In this document: positions 38,191 to 47,552 of the stretch, in pieces
How positions within the stretch are numbered: the first letter of the stretch is position 1
Layout of the letters: every line of letters begins with the position of its first letter
Assembly: GCA_963753285.1 (NCBI GenBank)
Contig: CAVWBT010000011.1
Span: 69,354-133,353 of the forward strand
DNA: 64,000 bases
Origin: an uncultured bacterium
GTDB lineage: Bacteria; Actinomycetota; Acidimicrobiia; Spongiisociales; ZC4RG35
Direction: 5' to 3'
The notes under the pieces: model-generated
Seen by the model: only the letters and a program-made list of their open reading frames with translations
Database searches by the model: none
Told to the model about the DNA's origin: nothing
Translations under genes and position numbers: made by a program

Positions 38191-38216
38191 TAGGGGCGAG
38201 GCGAGCCTCGCCCCTA
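38191..38216. terminator. perfect 11-bp-stem hairpin TAGGGGCGAGG-CGAG-CCTCGCCCCTA (GTAGGGGCG family) between convergent genes
   Basis: Read directly from the sequence. It lies between the paralog array and the BMC operon. No T-tract follows. Confidence 0.45.
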
Positions 38217-38489
38217 CCGATCGCTCGTCTGCACGTCGTCGACGATACCGACGACCACCGCCCGGATCGGTCCGACCTTCTTCTCCATGATCTGGCGTGC
38301 GCCGGTGCCCTCGTCGAGGATCAGCACGGTTTCGCCGGGCCCGGCCCCGACGACATCGACCGCGATCACGTAGCCGCCGCTCGGCTCACCATCGGGGGAG
38401 AGATAGTCGCAGAACAGCAGCCGTTGGCCGTCGAAGGTGGGCTCGTTGATCGTCGAGACGACCGTGCCTGCGACCCGGGCGAGCTTCAT
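38214..38489 (-). CDS. BMC vertex protein (BMC-P, EutN/CcmL/PduN family), copy 1
   Basis: [21 protein letters not shown]...VDVVGAGPGETVL. Confidence 0.8.
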   Translation of the reverse strand: MKLARVAGTVVSTINEPTFDGQRLLFCDYLSPDGEPSGGYVIAVDVVGAGPGETVLILDEGTGARQIMEKKVGPIRAVVVGIVDDVQTSDR

Positions 38490-38782
38490 CGCTTCCGCCG
38501 TTTCTTCGGCAGGGGAGAGACGTCGACCTGATCGACGATGCCGACGATGGCGTGATCCACCGGTACGAACGGCTCGGGCATCGCCTGGGCGGCTTCCCGC
38601 GAAGCTACGAAGTAGACGAGTTCGCCCGGGCCCGCCATGGCGACGCCGTCGGCGGCGATCACCGGTCTCCCGGTCGGCTCCTGATCGCGGGTGAGTGGCT
38701 GGACGATCAGGAACCTCACCCCCTCGAGGTCGGGGGTCTTTTCCGATGCGACCACCGTGCCAATGACCTCGCCGAGTTGCAC
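38486..38782 (-). CDS. BMC vertex protein (BMC-P), copy 2
   Basis: (V)QLGEVIGTVVASEKTPDLEG...ADGVAMAGPGELV. GTG start inferred. Confidence 0.65.
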   Translation of the reverse strand: MQLGEVIGTVVASEKTPDLEGVRFLIVQPLTRDQEPTGRPVIAADGVAMAGPGELVYFVASREAAQAMPEPFVPVDHAIVGIVDQVDVSPLPKKRRKR

Positions 38783-38784
38783 GA

Positions 38785-39366
38785 TCAGCGCTCGATCCGG
38801 GAGGCGAACCGGCCATCGCCGCCGATGTTGACTGCCATCTCGTCGTGCAACCGGGGAATCACTCGCCGGCCGATCAGTCCGCCTTCGACCTGCGCAGATC
38901 CGTGTTCCACCGCGGCGTCGATTTCGGTCAACGTCCCGGAGAAGAGCACGTAGCCCTTTCCGCCGAGATCGTCGGCCAGATAGATCTTGAGCATGTCGAC
39001 CTCGGCGCCCTTCAGGCCGGCGTCGGCGGCGCGGATCACGTCTGCAACCGTCTCGGTCTCGATGATCCCGAGTGACTCGCCATGACGGGACACCTCGGCA
39101 CCGCCAAGTCCTCCGACGAGTGCGGGGTGTGGGTCGGGAAGAAACATCGCAGACTGCAGGTGCTCGCCGTTCCTCAGCTCGGCGGCAGCCAGCGCCTCCT
39201 CGACGTCGCCCACCGATCCCGACACCAGCACCAGGTACTTGCCGGGATGCACGGTTCCGGCGTGGATCACCTGGAGCGGTGCACGCTTGACCATGTCGTC
39301 GCCGGACTCGATCCCGGCGGCGATCGAGTCGTATTCGAAGAGGGCGATGGCGGTGCCGAGCTCCAT
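38785..39366 (-). CDS. BMC-T shell protein with tandem BMC domains (PduT-like)
   Basis: Two BMC-domain halves (IALFEYDSIAAGIESGDDMVKRA / LGIIETETVADVIRAADAGLKGAEV). Confidence 0.75.
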   Translation of the reverse strand: MELGTAIALFEYDSIAAGIESGDDMVKRAPLQVIHAGTVHPGKYLVLVSGSVGDVEEALAAAELRNGEHLQSAMFLPDPHPALVGGLGGAEVSRHGESLGIIETETVADVIRAADAGLKGAEVDMLKIYLADDLGGKGYVLFSGTLTEIDAAVEHGSAQVEGGLIGRRVIPRLHDEMAVNIGGDGRFASRIER

Positions 39367-40823
39367 CAGACGATCCGGAGGGCGCCGACGACACTGACGC
39401 GGCGGGGCCGTGAGAAGGTTCGCGGGCGGGTGAGTCCGTCGCCGGTCGGGCTGGCGATCGAGAACGACGAGTATCCCTCGCCTCCCTGGCCGAGGCCGGC
39501 GAAGAAGGAGCCGTTCGCCACGAAGATCGAGCAGTTCATCGCCCGAGCCATCTTCGTGATCGTCTCGACGTTCGTGGAGTGGATCCCTGCGGTGTGCCGG
39601 AAGCCGTGCTCGGCGCGGACGGCCAGATCGATCGCAGCGTCGACATTGGCGACCCTCGTGACCGGGAAGACCGGCATCATCTGCTCGGTCCACACCAGGT
39701 TGTGCTCGTTGGGGACCTCGGCGACGAGCAGCCGGATGGGCTGCTCCGCCTGGACACCGATCTGGCTGAGGATCACGTCGGCGTTCTTGCCGATCCACTC
39801 GGTGTTGATGACGCCCGGCTTGTTCGGCGGGCCCATCTCGCGGAAGATCACGCGCTCGAGCCGCTTGAGCTCGTGCTGTTTGAGCACGTAGGCGCCGGCG
39901 TCCGCCATCTCCCGCACCAGCCGGTCGGCGACCGTGTCCACCACGATCGCCTCCTTCTCGTCGGTGCAGATGATGTTGTTGTCGAACGAGGCGCCGGCGA
40001 CGATCGCGCGGGCTGCTCGTTCGATGTCTGCGGTCTCGTCGACCACCACCGGTGGGTTACCCGGGCCGGCAGCCACGGCTCGCTTGTCCGTCCGCAGCGC
40101 CTCTCTCACCACTCCCGGCCCGCCGGTCACGAGCAGCACCCGGACATCGGGGTGTGCCATCAGCTCCTTGGCCGAGTCGATGGTCGGGGTCGCAACGGCC
40201 GTGATGAGATCCGGAGGGCCGCCGGCGGCGACGATCGCGCGATTGAGGAGCCTGATGTTCTCGGCGGAGACCTTCCGAGCGCCGGGGTGCACGTTGAACA
40301 CCACGGCGTTCCCACCGGAGAGGATGGCGATGGAGTTGTTGATGATCGTGGACGTCGGATTGGTCGTCGGTGTGATCGCCCCGACGATGCCGAGTGGCGC
40401 CCATTCGGTCACGGACATCCCGTCGTCGCCGGTCACGGCCTGCGGTTCGAGGTCCTCCGGCCCTGGGGTCTTTCTGGTGACCAGGAGGTTCTTCTTGATC
40501 TTGTCCTCGTACCGGCCGAGTCCCGTCTCGGTGTGGGCGAGCATCGCCAGCGATTCGGCGTGTTCCAGCATCGAGCGGCGCATCGACTCGACGATGGTCC
40601 GGCGGACGCCGAGACCCATCTCGGCGTATCTCGGCTGTGCCCGACGCGCGGCCGCAACGGCCTCGTCGATGCTGCGATAGATCCCGTCACCCAGTTCGAT
40701 GTCGGGAGCGAGTTCCTCCCTGGCTGCGAGGGTCGCGCCCGGCCGGCTGCCGGCCGGCACCTCGCCGAGCCGGTGCTTGACCCGGCCGATGATGTCCTGG
40801 ATCTCCTGATCCGAGAGACTCAT
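39366..40823 (-). CDS. CoA-acylating aldehyde dehydrogenase (EutE/PduP family)
   Basis: Translation of ALDH-superfamily acetaldehyde dehydrogenase type, including a catalytic Cys region (ICTDEK). Confidence 0.85.
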   Translation of the reverse strand: MSLSDQEIQDIIGRVKHRLGEVPAGSRPGATLAAREELAPDIELGDGIYRSIDEAVAAARRAQPRYAEMGLGVRRTIVESMRRSMLEHAESLAMLAHTETGLGRYEDKIKKNLLVTRKTPGPEDLEPQAVTGDDGMSVTEWAPLGIVGAITPTTNPTSTIINNSIAILSGGNAVVFNVHPGARKVSAENIRLLNRAIVAAGGPPDLITAVATPTIDSAKELMAHPDVRVLLVTGGPGVVREALRTDKRAVAAGPGNPPVVVDETADIERAARAIVAGASFDNNIICTDEKEAIVVDTVADRLVREMADAGAYVLKQHELKRLERVIFREMGPPNKPGVINTEWIGKNADVILSQIGVQAEQPIRLLVAEVPNEHNLVWTEQMMPVFPVTRVANVDAAIDLAVRAEHGFRHTAGIHSTNVETITKMARAMNCSIFVANGSFFAGLGQGGEGYSSFSIASPTGDGLTRPRTFSRPRRVSVVGALRIV

Positions 40824-40826
40824 CGG

Positions 40827-41114
40827 CTATTTGTGGTAACGCTCATCGCCTCCCACCTCCCAGGAGTCCACGATCGCCATGACGACGGCGTCGCATGGCC
40901 GCTCGTGGGTTGCCTCGGTCTGCCGTGCGGAACTGCCGCTGGCGTACATCACGACTTCGCCTACACCGGCGCCGACGGCGTCGATCGCCACCACATGGCC
41001 ACCCGTCGGGGAGCCGTCGACGTCGATCTGCTCGAGCAGCAGGAACTTCAGCCCGTCGAGCTTGGGCTCCTTCTTGCTGGCAACGACGGTGCCTGCCACG
41101 CGTGCGAGAAGCAT
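40827..41114 (-). CDS. BMC vertex protein (BMC-P), copy 3
   Basis: [21 protein letters not shown]...[21 protein letters not shown]. Confidence 0.8.
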   Translation of the reverse strand: MLLARVAGTVVASKKEPKLDGLKFLLLEQIDVDGSPTGGHVVAIDAVGAGVGEVVMYASGSSARQTEATHERPCDAVVMAIVDSWEVGGDERYHK

Positions 41115-41127
41115 CGGTGCCCTCCGC

Positions 41128-41418
41128 CTATTCGGTGTCTCCTCGACGGCCGAGCGGCAGGATCGCGTCGATCGACTCGTGGGGGCGTGCGATGATGTGG
41201 CTCGAGATGACCTCGCCGACTCGCTCGGCGCCACGCAGGCCGGCCTCGACGGCTGCCTTGACCGCAGCGACGTCGCCGCGGACCACGGCAGTCACGTATC
41301 CGCCGCCGGTCTCCTCATAGGACACGAGCTCGACCTTCGCCGCCTTCACCATGGCGTCGGCCGCCTCCACCATCGCCGGGAAGCTGCGTGCTTCGATCAT
41401 TCCCAGTGCATCTGCCAT
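41128..41418 (-). CDS. BMC-H hexamer shell protein (PduA/EutM family)
   Basis: [32 protein letters not shown]. Confidence 0.85.
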   Translation of the reverse strand: MADALGMIEARSFPAMVEAADAMVKAAKVELVSYEETGGGYVTAVVRGDVAAVKAAVEAGLRGAERVGEVISSHIIARPHESIDAILPLGRRGDTE

Positions 41419-41457
41419 TCCGGTTCCTCCTCAGGTACCTCTCGTCGTCTGTTCCGA

Positions 41458-42084
41458 TCACTTCTGTTCTCTGCCTTCGAGGCCTTCCAGAGCGGCGACC
41501 GCAGCCCGCCACCCGACGTCGATGTCCGCCTCTTCGCCACCGAGGTAGACCCGGCCGACCGCGCCGAAGGCGCGGACCTCCAGCACGTTGATGTTGGCGG
41601 CCTTCTCCGCCTCGTTTGCGGCGAGCGCCGCATAGGCGGCCGGCCCGCACTCCATCACGTACAGGGTCTGGCCCGGGGTGATCATCTGGCCGTGCCGCAT
41701 CCGGTTGATGAGCTGGGCCTGGTGGTCGTCGATGTTTCTGACGATCTGGCTGGACAGGATCTCCGGCTTCAGTCGGTCGGATTCTTTCATGCCGATGGCG
41801 TCGAGGATGGCGGTGCCCGCCCCGCGCGTCTCCGCCTGTTCGGGGGAGTGGACCTCGAGCAGTCCGAACACACGCTCGACGATCTGCATGCCGGGCTTGA
41901 CCTTGTTCGACTTGAGAGCGATGTCGGTCAGACGGTTGATCTCGATGCCCGGCGAGATCTCGACGAACAGCGCCGATTCGTGGGCGAGGGGGAGGAAGCC
42001 GGACGCAGTGGTGCCGATGAACGCCGCGTATTGGGGTTGCAGGCTGTCGAGGAACGCAAACGACCGCAGCTCAATATTGCTCAT
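41458..42084 (-). CDS. BMC-T shell protein with tandem circularly permuted BMC domains (EutL/PduB-like)
   Basis: About 208 aa with two permuted BMC-like halves. ATG at 42084 with a GGAGG RBS. Confidence 0.6.
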   Translation of the reverse strand: MSNIELRSFAFLDSLQPQYAAFIGTTASGFLPLAHESALFVEISPGIEINRLTDIALKSNKVKPGMQIVERVFGLLEVHSPEQAETRGAGTAILDAIGMKESDRLKPEILSSQIVRNIDDHQAQLINRMRHGQMITPGQTLYVMECGPAAYAALAANEAEKAANINVLEVRAFGAVGRVYLGGEEADIDVGWRAAVAALEGLEGREQK

Positions 42085-42919
42085 TCGACACGCCTCCTGT
42101 GACGATTGCGATGCCCGCCGACGCACCGATCCTGGTTGCTCCGGCGGCGATCATCTCCTCGGCATCTTCGCGGCTCCGAACGCCGCCCGATGCCTTGATG
42201 CCCATCTTGGGACCCACCGTCTCTCGCATCAGCAGGACGTCGGCGACGGTGGCGCCGCCGCCGGCGAAGCCGGTCGACGTCTTGACGAAGTCGGCCTTGG
42301 CGAGCTTGGCGAGGTGTGAGGCCATGACCTTCTCCTCGTCGGTGAGCAGTGAGGTCTCGATGATGACCTTGTTGAGGGCGCCCGACTCGTGGCAGGCGTC
42401 GGAGACCTTTGCGATGTCGGTCTGGACGACGTCGTGTTGCCCGGACTTGAGTGCGCCGATGTTGATCACCATGTCGATCTCCCGGGCGCCGTCCCGCAGG
42501 ACACGACGAGCCTCCATGGCCTTGATCTCCGGCAGGGTGGCGCCGAACGGGAATCCGACGACCGAGGCCACCCGGACCTCGGTGCCTCGCAGGTTCTTTG
42601 CGGCTCGCTTGACCCAGGCGGGATTGACGCACACCGAGGCGAACCCGTACTCCTTCGCCTCGGCACAGAGCACGTCGATGTCCTCTGCGGTGGTGTCCGG
42701 CTTGAGCAGGGTGTGGTCGATGTACTTGGCGAGGTCCATCGGGACCTCGGCTCCGCCTCCGCGGTAGCTCACCCGGTCTGCTCCGTTGGCGACGACGCTC
42801 CGCACCTTGTCGGGGCTGTGTGCGGCACAGGACCCGTGGCAGTCCTCGCACGGGTCGCCGCTGCTCAGGGCGGCGAGCACCTCGCGGGTGACGGCTTCGA
42901 TCAGTTCGGCCTGGTTCAT
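42071..42919 (-). CDS. deoC: deoxyribose-phosphate aldolase with an N-terminal extension of about 50 aa (putative encapsulation peptide)
   Basis: DeoC core (KPDTTAEDI..., catalytic Lys region KTSTGF). The N-terminus [20 protein letters not shown] is a predicted amphipathic helix followed by a Cys/Gly-rich linker. ATG at 42919 overlaps the rpiB stop (ATGA). Confidence 0.8.
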   Translation of the reverse strand: MNQAELIEAVTREVLAALSSGDPCEDCHGSCAAHSPDKVRSVVANGADRVSYRGGGAEVPMDLAKYIDHTLLKPDTTAEDIDVLCAEAKEYGFASVCVNPAWVKRAAKNLRGTEVRVASVVGFPFGATLPEIKAMEARRVLRDGAREIDMVINIGALKSGQHDVVQTDIAKVSDACHESGALNKVIIETSLLTDEEKVMASHLAKLAKADFVKTSTGFAGGGATVADVLLMRETVGPKMGIKASGGVRSREDAEEMIAAGATRIGASAGIAIVTGGVSNEQY

Positions 42920-43485
42920 GGTCTGCTCCGGAGATGGCTTCGCTCGATCGCGGTGATCTTTGCGACCCGGTCGGCATGGCGACCGGGCGCCCAGGGTGTC
43001 GAGAGCCACGTCTCGACGATCTGTTGCGCCAGGTTGGTGCCGATCAGGCCGGCGCCGAGCGTCAGCACGTTCGCATGGTTGTGTTCTCGGGAGTTACGGG
43101 CGCTCGAGAGGTCGTAGCAGAGCGCAGCTCTGACGCCGGGAACCTTGTTGGCGACGATCGACGAGCCGATCCCGGCGCCGTCGATGATGATCCCGTAGGT
43201 TGATTCGCCCGAGGAGACCCGCTGGGCCACGGCGTGGGCAAAATCCGGGTAGTCGACCGATTCGGCGCTGTGCGTGCCGCAGTCGGTCACGTCGTAGCCC
43301 TGTTCTCGGAGGCGGAATCCGATGCGCTCCTTCAGGGGATAGCCGCCGTGGTCGCATCCGATCGCGATCGACGGCTTGTCGCCGGGGGTGGGCCGTGGCG
43401 TCGGTGTCGTTTGCATCGTCTCGGCGGTCGTCAACCCGGCGACGACCCGGCTGACCACCTGGCGGATCTCGGCTTCGGTCGGCAT
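42916..43485 (-). CDS. rpiB: ribose-5-phosphate isomerase B (RpiB/LacAB family) with an N-terminal extension (putative encapsulation peptide)
   Basis: RpiB core ([14 protein letters not shown]...). The extension is [22 protein letters not shown]. An alternative start at 43560 overlaps the stop of the upstream regulator (ATGA). Confidence 0.7.
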   Translation of the reverse strand: MPTEAEIRQVVSRVVAGLTTAETMQTTPTPRPTPGDKPSIAIGCDHGGYPLKERIGFRLREQGYDVTDCGTHSAESVDYPDFAHAVAQRVSSGESTYGIIIDGAGIGSSIVANKVPGVRAALCYDLSSARNSREHNHANVLTLGAGLIGTNLAQQIVETWLSTPWAPGRHADRVAKITAIERSHLRSRP

Positions 43486-43556
43486 CGCCGCGGACACTAG
43501 CGCTGGCTGACGGGTGCTGCGGCTCCGACGCGAGCCGGGTGGGGCGAGCGTGCACG

Positions 43557-43952
43557 TCATGGCCGCTGCCTGGAAGAGGGGAGTGGCCGGCGATCGTGAC
43601 GACCGGAGCGGGGGCCGTGTCCGGCGGTCTCGTCCTGGGCGGGCTCCTGTCTCCGACCGATCCCGAGGAGCTGGCGGAGCGGAGCCGCGTACGGGCTGTT
43701 CTCGTCGATCTGTGCGGTCCGAGCGCGTCCCACGCGCTCCTCGACGATCAGTCCGCTGTCGGTGAGTCGATCGACTTCGCGCATCACGGTCGTGGGATCC
43801 ACCTCGAGCGCCCTGGCGAGGTCGGACAGCGTGCGTCGTTCGTCCTGGTCGAAGAACAATTCGACGAGCAGACGTCGCTGCGTGTCACTTCGAAACACCG
43901 GGAGTGGCCCTCGGTTCTGCATAATGTGCAGCATATCGTGCGTGATACGCAA
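43557..43952 (-). CDS. putative winged-helix transcriptional regulator
   Basis: HTH-like segment RTLSDLARALEVDPTTVMREVDRLTDSGLI. The family is not resolved. Confidence 0.45.
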   Translation of the reverse strand: MRITHDMLHIMQNRGPLPVFRSDTQRRLLVELFFDQDERRTLSDLARALEVDPTTVMREVDRLTDSGLIVEERVGRARTAQIDENSPYAAPLRQLLGIGRRQEPAQDETAGHGPRSGRHDRRPLPSSRQRP

Positions 43953-44088
43953 AACAAGGAGCTGTTCGCCTCGTTCGCCACTCGTAGGAGACGTCGGTTG
44001 CCATTCGGCTCAGGTCCCGATCCGGGCTTTCTGCCCTGGTGCAACCTCCCGGCGTGCTCGCAGAATGGGTGGGAACCGGGAGGAAGCG

Positions 44089-44631
44089 ATGGCGAGGTGG
44101 CTGTTCCGAGTCTTCAAGGTGCTGGTGGGCCTGTATCTGGTGGCGGCTGTGGCCGTCCTGGCCTTCTCGTGGTCTGTGAGAGGTGGATTGCGCGACCCGG
44201 TCCGGAGATTCAACCGTGACACGTTGAATCCGTGGATGCTCGAGCGGGCCGGCGGGGAGCATTGGTATGCGTCGGTCGTCAAACACGTCGGGCGACACTC
44301 TGGTGCTGCGTACGAGACACCGGTGGTGATGCACGAGGTCGATGGGCGGTTGGCCATCCCGCTGCCATATGGGCGCGAGGTGGACTGGCTGATGAATCTC
44401 GAACACTCCAATCGGGGAGCGGTGGTGCACAAGGGTGTCGAATACACCGTTTCGGATCCCGAGATCGTCACCAGGACCTCGATTGCCAGGGAACTGGGCG
44501 TCCGCGATGTCCTCCGCTATCGGGCGTTCGGCATCGACGAGTTCGTGGCTCTCCGTGCCGAGCCCGCCAATGCCGGGCGGCCCACGGTCGACGAGCCGCA
44601 AGTCGGCGCGATGGAGGACGCACTCACCTGA
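44089..44631 (+). CDS. nitroreductase-family deazaflavin (F420H2)-dependent oxidoreductase (Ddn-like, PF04075)
   Basis: N-terminal TM helix plus NPWMLERAGG...GRHSGAAYETPVVMHEVDGRLAIPLPYGREVDWLMNL, matching Ddn-family motifs. GGGAGGAAG RBS. Confidence 0.7.
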   Translation: MARWLFRVFKVLVGLYLVAAVAVLAFSWSVRGGLRDPVRRFNRDTLNPWMLERAGGEHWYASVVKHVGRHSGAAYETPVVMHEVDGRLAIPLPYGREVDWLMNLEHSNRGAVVHKGVEYTVSDPEIVTRTSIARELGVRDVLRYRAFGIDEFVALRAEPANAGRPTVDEPQVGAMEDALT

Positions 44632-44678
44632 CGTCATCACACCCTTGACGATTGCACTCTTGACAGGAAGACATCAAG

Positions 44679-44699
44679 CTGACATCATCGTGATGTCAG
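44679..44699 (+). promoter_or_regulatory. perfect 9-bp inverted repeat CTGACATCA-TCG-TGATGTCAG (candidate operator) upstream of the MFS transporter gene
   Basis: Read directly. It is preceded by two CTTGAC direct repeats. Confidence 0.4.
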
Positions 44700-44726
44700 T
44701 TTTGGATCTGTCAGAGGGTGCCTCGC

Positions 44727-46028
44727 ATGAAGACGTTCATAACGGTCTGGGCCGGTCAGGTGCTCTCCCAGATCGGCTCCACGATGACCGGGTTCGCGCT
44801 CTCGATCTTCATCTATCAGGAGACGGGCTCCGTGACCCGTCTGGCGACCGTGCTCCTGGCGGCCAACCTGCCGGCGATCCTGCTGGCTCCGGTCGCAGGA
44901 GTCTGGGTCGACCGGCTCGATCGTCGACTCGTGATGATGGTGTCGGACTCCGCCGCAGGGCTCGGAGCGCTCGCTCTCCTCTCATTGGCGTGGCGCTCAG
45001 AGCTCACGTTCTGGCCCGTGTTGGTCGTTGCAGGGCTCGGCTCGGCGGCCGGAAGCTTCCAGGAACCCGCCTATCGAGCGTCGATCGTGACGCTGGTCCC
45101 GACGGACCGGCTCGGACGTGCCAACGGGATGATCGAGATGGGACCAGCCCTCGGCACCCTGATCGCCCCCGCCATCGCCGGCGCACTCATCGTGTCGGTG
45201 GGAGTGGAGGCGGTCCTGGCGGTCGACGTCGTCACGTTCATCGCAGCGGTCGGCACGCTGGCAGTCGTGCGGTTTCCTCGGCTGGCGCCCGTCGAGGGGC
45301 GGGCGGCCCGATCGATGAAGCTGGAGGTGCTCGAAGGTCTCCACTACCTGCGGGATCGTTCCGGTCTGCTGGGTCTGCTCTCCATGGCAGCCGGGCTCAA
45401 CTTCTTCCTGGTCTTCGCGAATGTGTTGTGGCTCCCGGTGTTCCTCGGGCTGGGTGACGAGGCGACCATCGGCCTGGTGATGACCGGAGTCGGACTCGCG
45501 ATGGTCGCGGGCTCGGTCGTCATGAGCGCATGGGGTGGGCCGGAGCGTCTCGTGAGAACGATGGTCGGTCTGCTCGTTGTTGCAGGGGTGATGTTGTCGG
45601 TTTCGGGCCTTCGTCCATCGTTGTGGCTTGCGGGCGGTGCGGTCATGGCGTTCATGTTCTTCATTCCGCTCGTCAACGGGATCTCCCAGACGCTCTGGCA
45701 GCGCAAGGTCGAGCCGGCGATCCAGGGGCGGGTGTTCTCCACCCGTCGCATGATCGCCACGATCGCATCGCCGATCGCATATGTCGCAGCAGGGCCCCTG
45801 GCGGACGGGGTCTTCGAGCCTCTGCTCGCTCCGGACGGGCCGCTCTCGCCATCGATCGGCGAGATCGTGGGCGTCGGGGCGGGCCGCGGCGCTGCGCTCC
45901 TCATCGTGCTGTCGGGGATCGGCGTCGTTGCGGTCGCCGGAGGAGCATGGTTGGTCCCTGCGGTCCGGAACATCGAACGCGACGTCCCCGATGCCTTGCT
46001 CCAGATCGACGTCGAGGCGACGACCTGA
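44727..46028 (+). CDS. MFS transporter
   Basis: 12-TM major-facilitator-type translation. ATG at 44727 with a GAGGGTG RBS. Confidence 0.85.
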   Translation: MKTFITVWAGQVLSQIGSTMTGFALSIFIYQETGSVTRLATVLLAANLPAILLAPVAGVWVDRLDRRLVMMVSDSAAGLGALALLSLAWRSELTFWPVLVVAGLGSAAGSFQEPAYRASIVTLVPTDRLGRANGMIEMGPALGTLIAPAIAGALIVSVGVEAVLAVDVVTFIAAVGTLAVVRFPRLAPVEGRAARSMKLEVLEGLHYLRDRSGLLGLLSMAAGLNFFLVFANVLWLPVFLGLGDEATIGLVMTGVGLAMVAGSVVMSAWGGPERLVRTMVGLLVVAGVMLSVSGLRPSLWLAGGAVMAFMFFIPLVNGISQTLWQRKVEPAIQGRVFSTRRMIATIASPIAYVAAGPLADGVFEPLLAPDGPLSPSIGEIVGVGAGRGAALLIVLSGIGVVAVAGGAWLVPAVRNIERDVPDALLQIDVEATT

Positions 46029-46169
46029 GCGCCTCACGCATCCCCCGGCATGGAGGGTTGCGGTTCATCGTCGCATCTCACGAGCACACCGATCCAACCG
46101 GGCTGTGAGGTGACCTTCGGCTCTTCAGCGCTGTCGGTCTGCGAGCGACGCTCGAACACGAGGGTGTCG

Positions 46170-46595
46170 ATGGCTGGCACACATGTCTCGAGTGTCCTGA
46201 CCCGCGTCTCGAGCCTGGCGCTCGTTGTCGCTCTGGCCGCCTGCGTTCCCGTCGAAGGCGGCCCGCCGGACATCGAAGACGTCGAAGCGCACTTGCACAT
46301 CCAGATCGGCGGCGTGCCGGAAGGGTGCGTTCCGGTGGGACTCGATGGCGATGGCAGGGGCAGGGTCGAAGGTGCTGCGTTCGACTGTGGAGACGGTGCG
46401 ACGCTCCGGATCGAGCGACTCGACCCAGAAGTGGTGCCCGGTTCGCCTTCGACGGTTCCGACAGAGACCGATTCGGGGCGTGTCGAGTGGAGCGACGGTC
46501 GGACCGGCGACGTGATTCGCGTGGTGTCCGACCAGTTGGGCAGCGAGATCCTCTTCGGGATCGCCGAGTCGATCGGCGTTGGTGATCGGAGGTAG
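46170..46595 (+). CDS. lipoprotein, hypothetical
   Basis: Signal peptide plus lipobox (LALVVALAACVP). Immediately upstream of the CPBP protease gene. Confidence 0.5.
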   Translation: MAGTHVSSVLTRVSSLALVVALAACVPVEGGPPDIEDVEAHLHIQIGGVPEGCVPVGLDGDGRGRVEGAAFDCGDGATLRIERLDPEVVPGSPSTVPTETDSGRVEWSDGRTGDVIRVVSDQLGSEILFGIAESIGVGDRR

Positions 46596-46599
46596 TGAC

Positions 46600-47457
46600 A
46601 TGGTGGCGACGCACACGGCGACGGACGTGCAGGACCGTACCGAACCATCGACCTCCGGGGTGGTCCGCTTCGTTCTCTGGAGCTACGGCCTCGCATGGGT
46701 TTGGTGCGCACCATTGGTGATTTCCGGTGCGACCGTGGAACAAGGCAGCGGATGGCCGACCCACGTTCCTGCGCTCCTCGCTCCGCTCGGAGCCGCACTG
46801 CTCGCGACCCTCGCCGTCGATGGTCGACGAACGGTGCCGGATCTCGTACGTCGGCTCGGCCGATGGCGCTTTCCGGCGGTCTGGTGGCTCGTGGTCGTGA
46901 GCCCGATCGTCGTGTTGGCGCTGACGCTCGGCGGGATGCGCCTGGCCGGCAGCGAGCTGCCGAGGTGGGGCGACTTCGCCGAGTTCGGTGGGCTCCCCTC
47001 CTTCGGGGTCCTGACCACGTTCCTTCTCGTCTTCGTCCTGAACGGGTTCGGCGAGGAGGCGGGTTGGCGTGGGTTCCTCCAAGACCGTCTACAACGACGC
47101 CTCGACCCACTCCGGGCGACCCTCGTCGTCGCCGTGATCTGGGCCGTATGGCATACGCCTTTCTTCTTCATTCTCTCGACATACGCCGGGTTCAATGCGG
47201 CGACGCTCGTCATGTTCCCACTGGGTCTGGCGTCGGGCGCGGTCGTCCTGACCTGGTTGTACAACCACACCGGGAGAAGCATCCTGGCGGCTGCGCTCTG
47301 GCACACGCTGTACAACATGGCGGTTGCCACTGCGGGCGCCACCGACCTGATCCAGGGTGTGGTGACGGCGGTGGTCATGTGTGCGGCCGCCGTACTCGTC
47401 GTGGCCGAGGTCGTCGCCAGACGCCGGGGGACACGGTCGATTCTCGGAGCAAACTGA
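46600..47457 (+). CDS. CPBP-family intramembrane glutamic endopeptidase (CAAX protease-like)
   Basis: EExxxR motif (GFGEEAGWRGFL) and the WAVWH and LWHTLYN motifs. GGAGG RBS. Confidence 0.8.
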   Translation: MVATHTATDVQDRTEPSTSGVVRFVLWSYGLAWVWCAPLVISGATVEQGSGWPTHVPALLAPLGAALLATLAVDGRRTVPDLVRRLGRWRFPAVWWLVVVSPIVVLALTLGGMRLAGSELPRWGDFAEFGGLPSFGVLTTFLLVFVLNGFGEEAGWRGFLQDRLQRRLDPLRATLVVAVIWAVWHTPFFFILSTYAGFNAATLVMFPLGLASGAVVLTWLYNHTGRSILAAALWHTLYNMAVATAGATDLIQGVVTAVVMCAAAVLVVAEVVARRRGTRSILGAN

Positions 47458-47552
47458 GGACGCGCCGAGCCGGGGACGAGGCCTGACCGAGGACCTCAGC
47501 AGCGCCCGTCGCTCGGCTTCCACAGGCCGGAGGTCCGTCTACCGTCGCAGCT

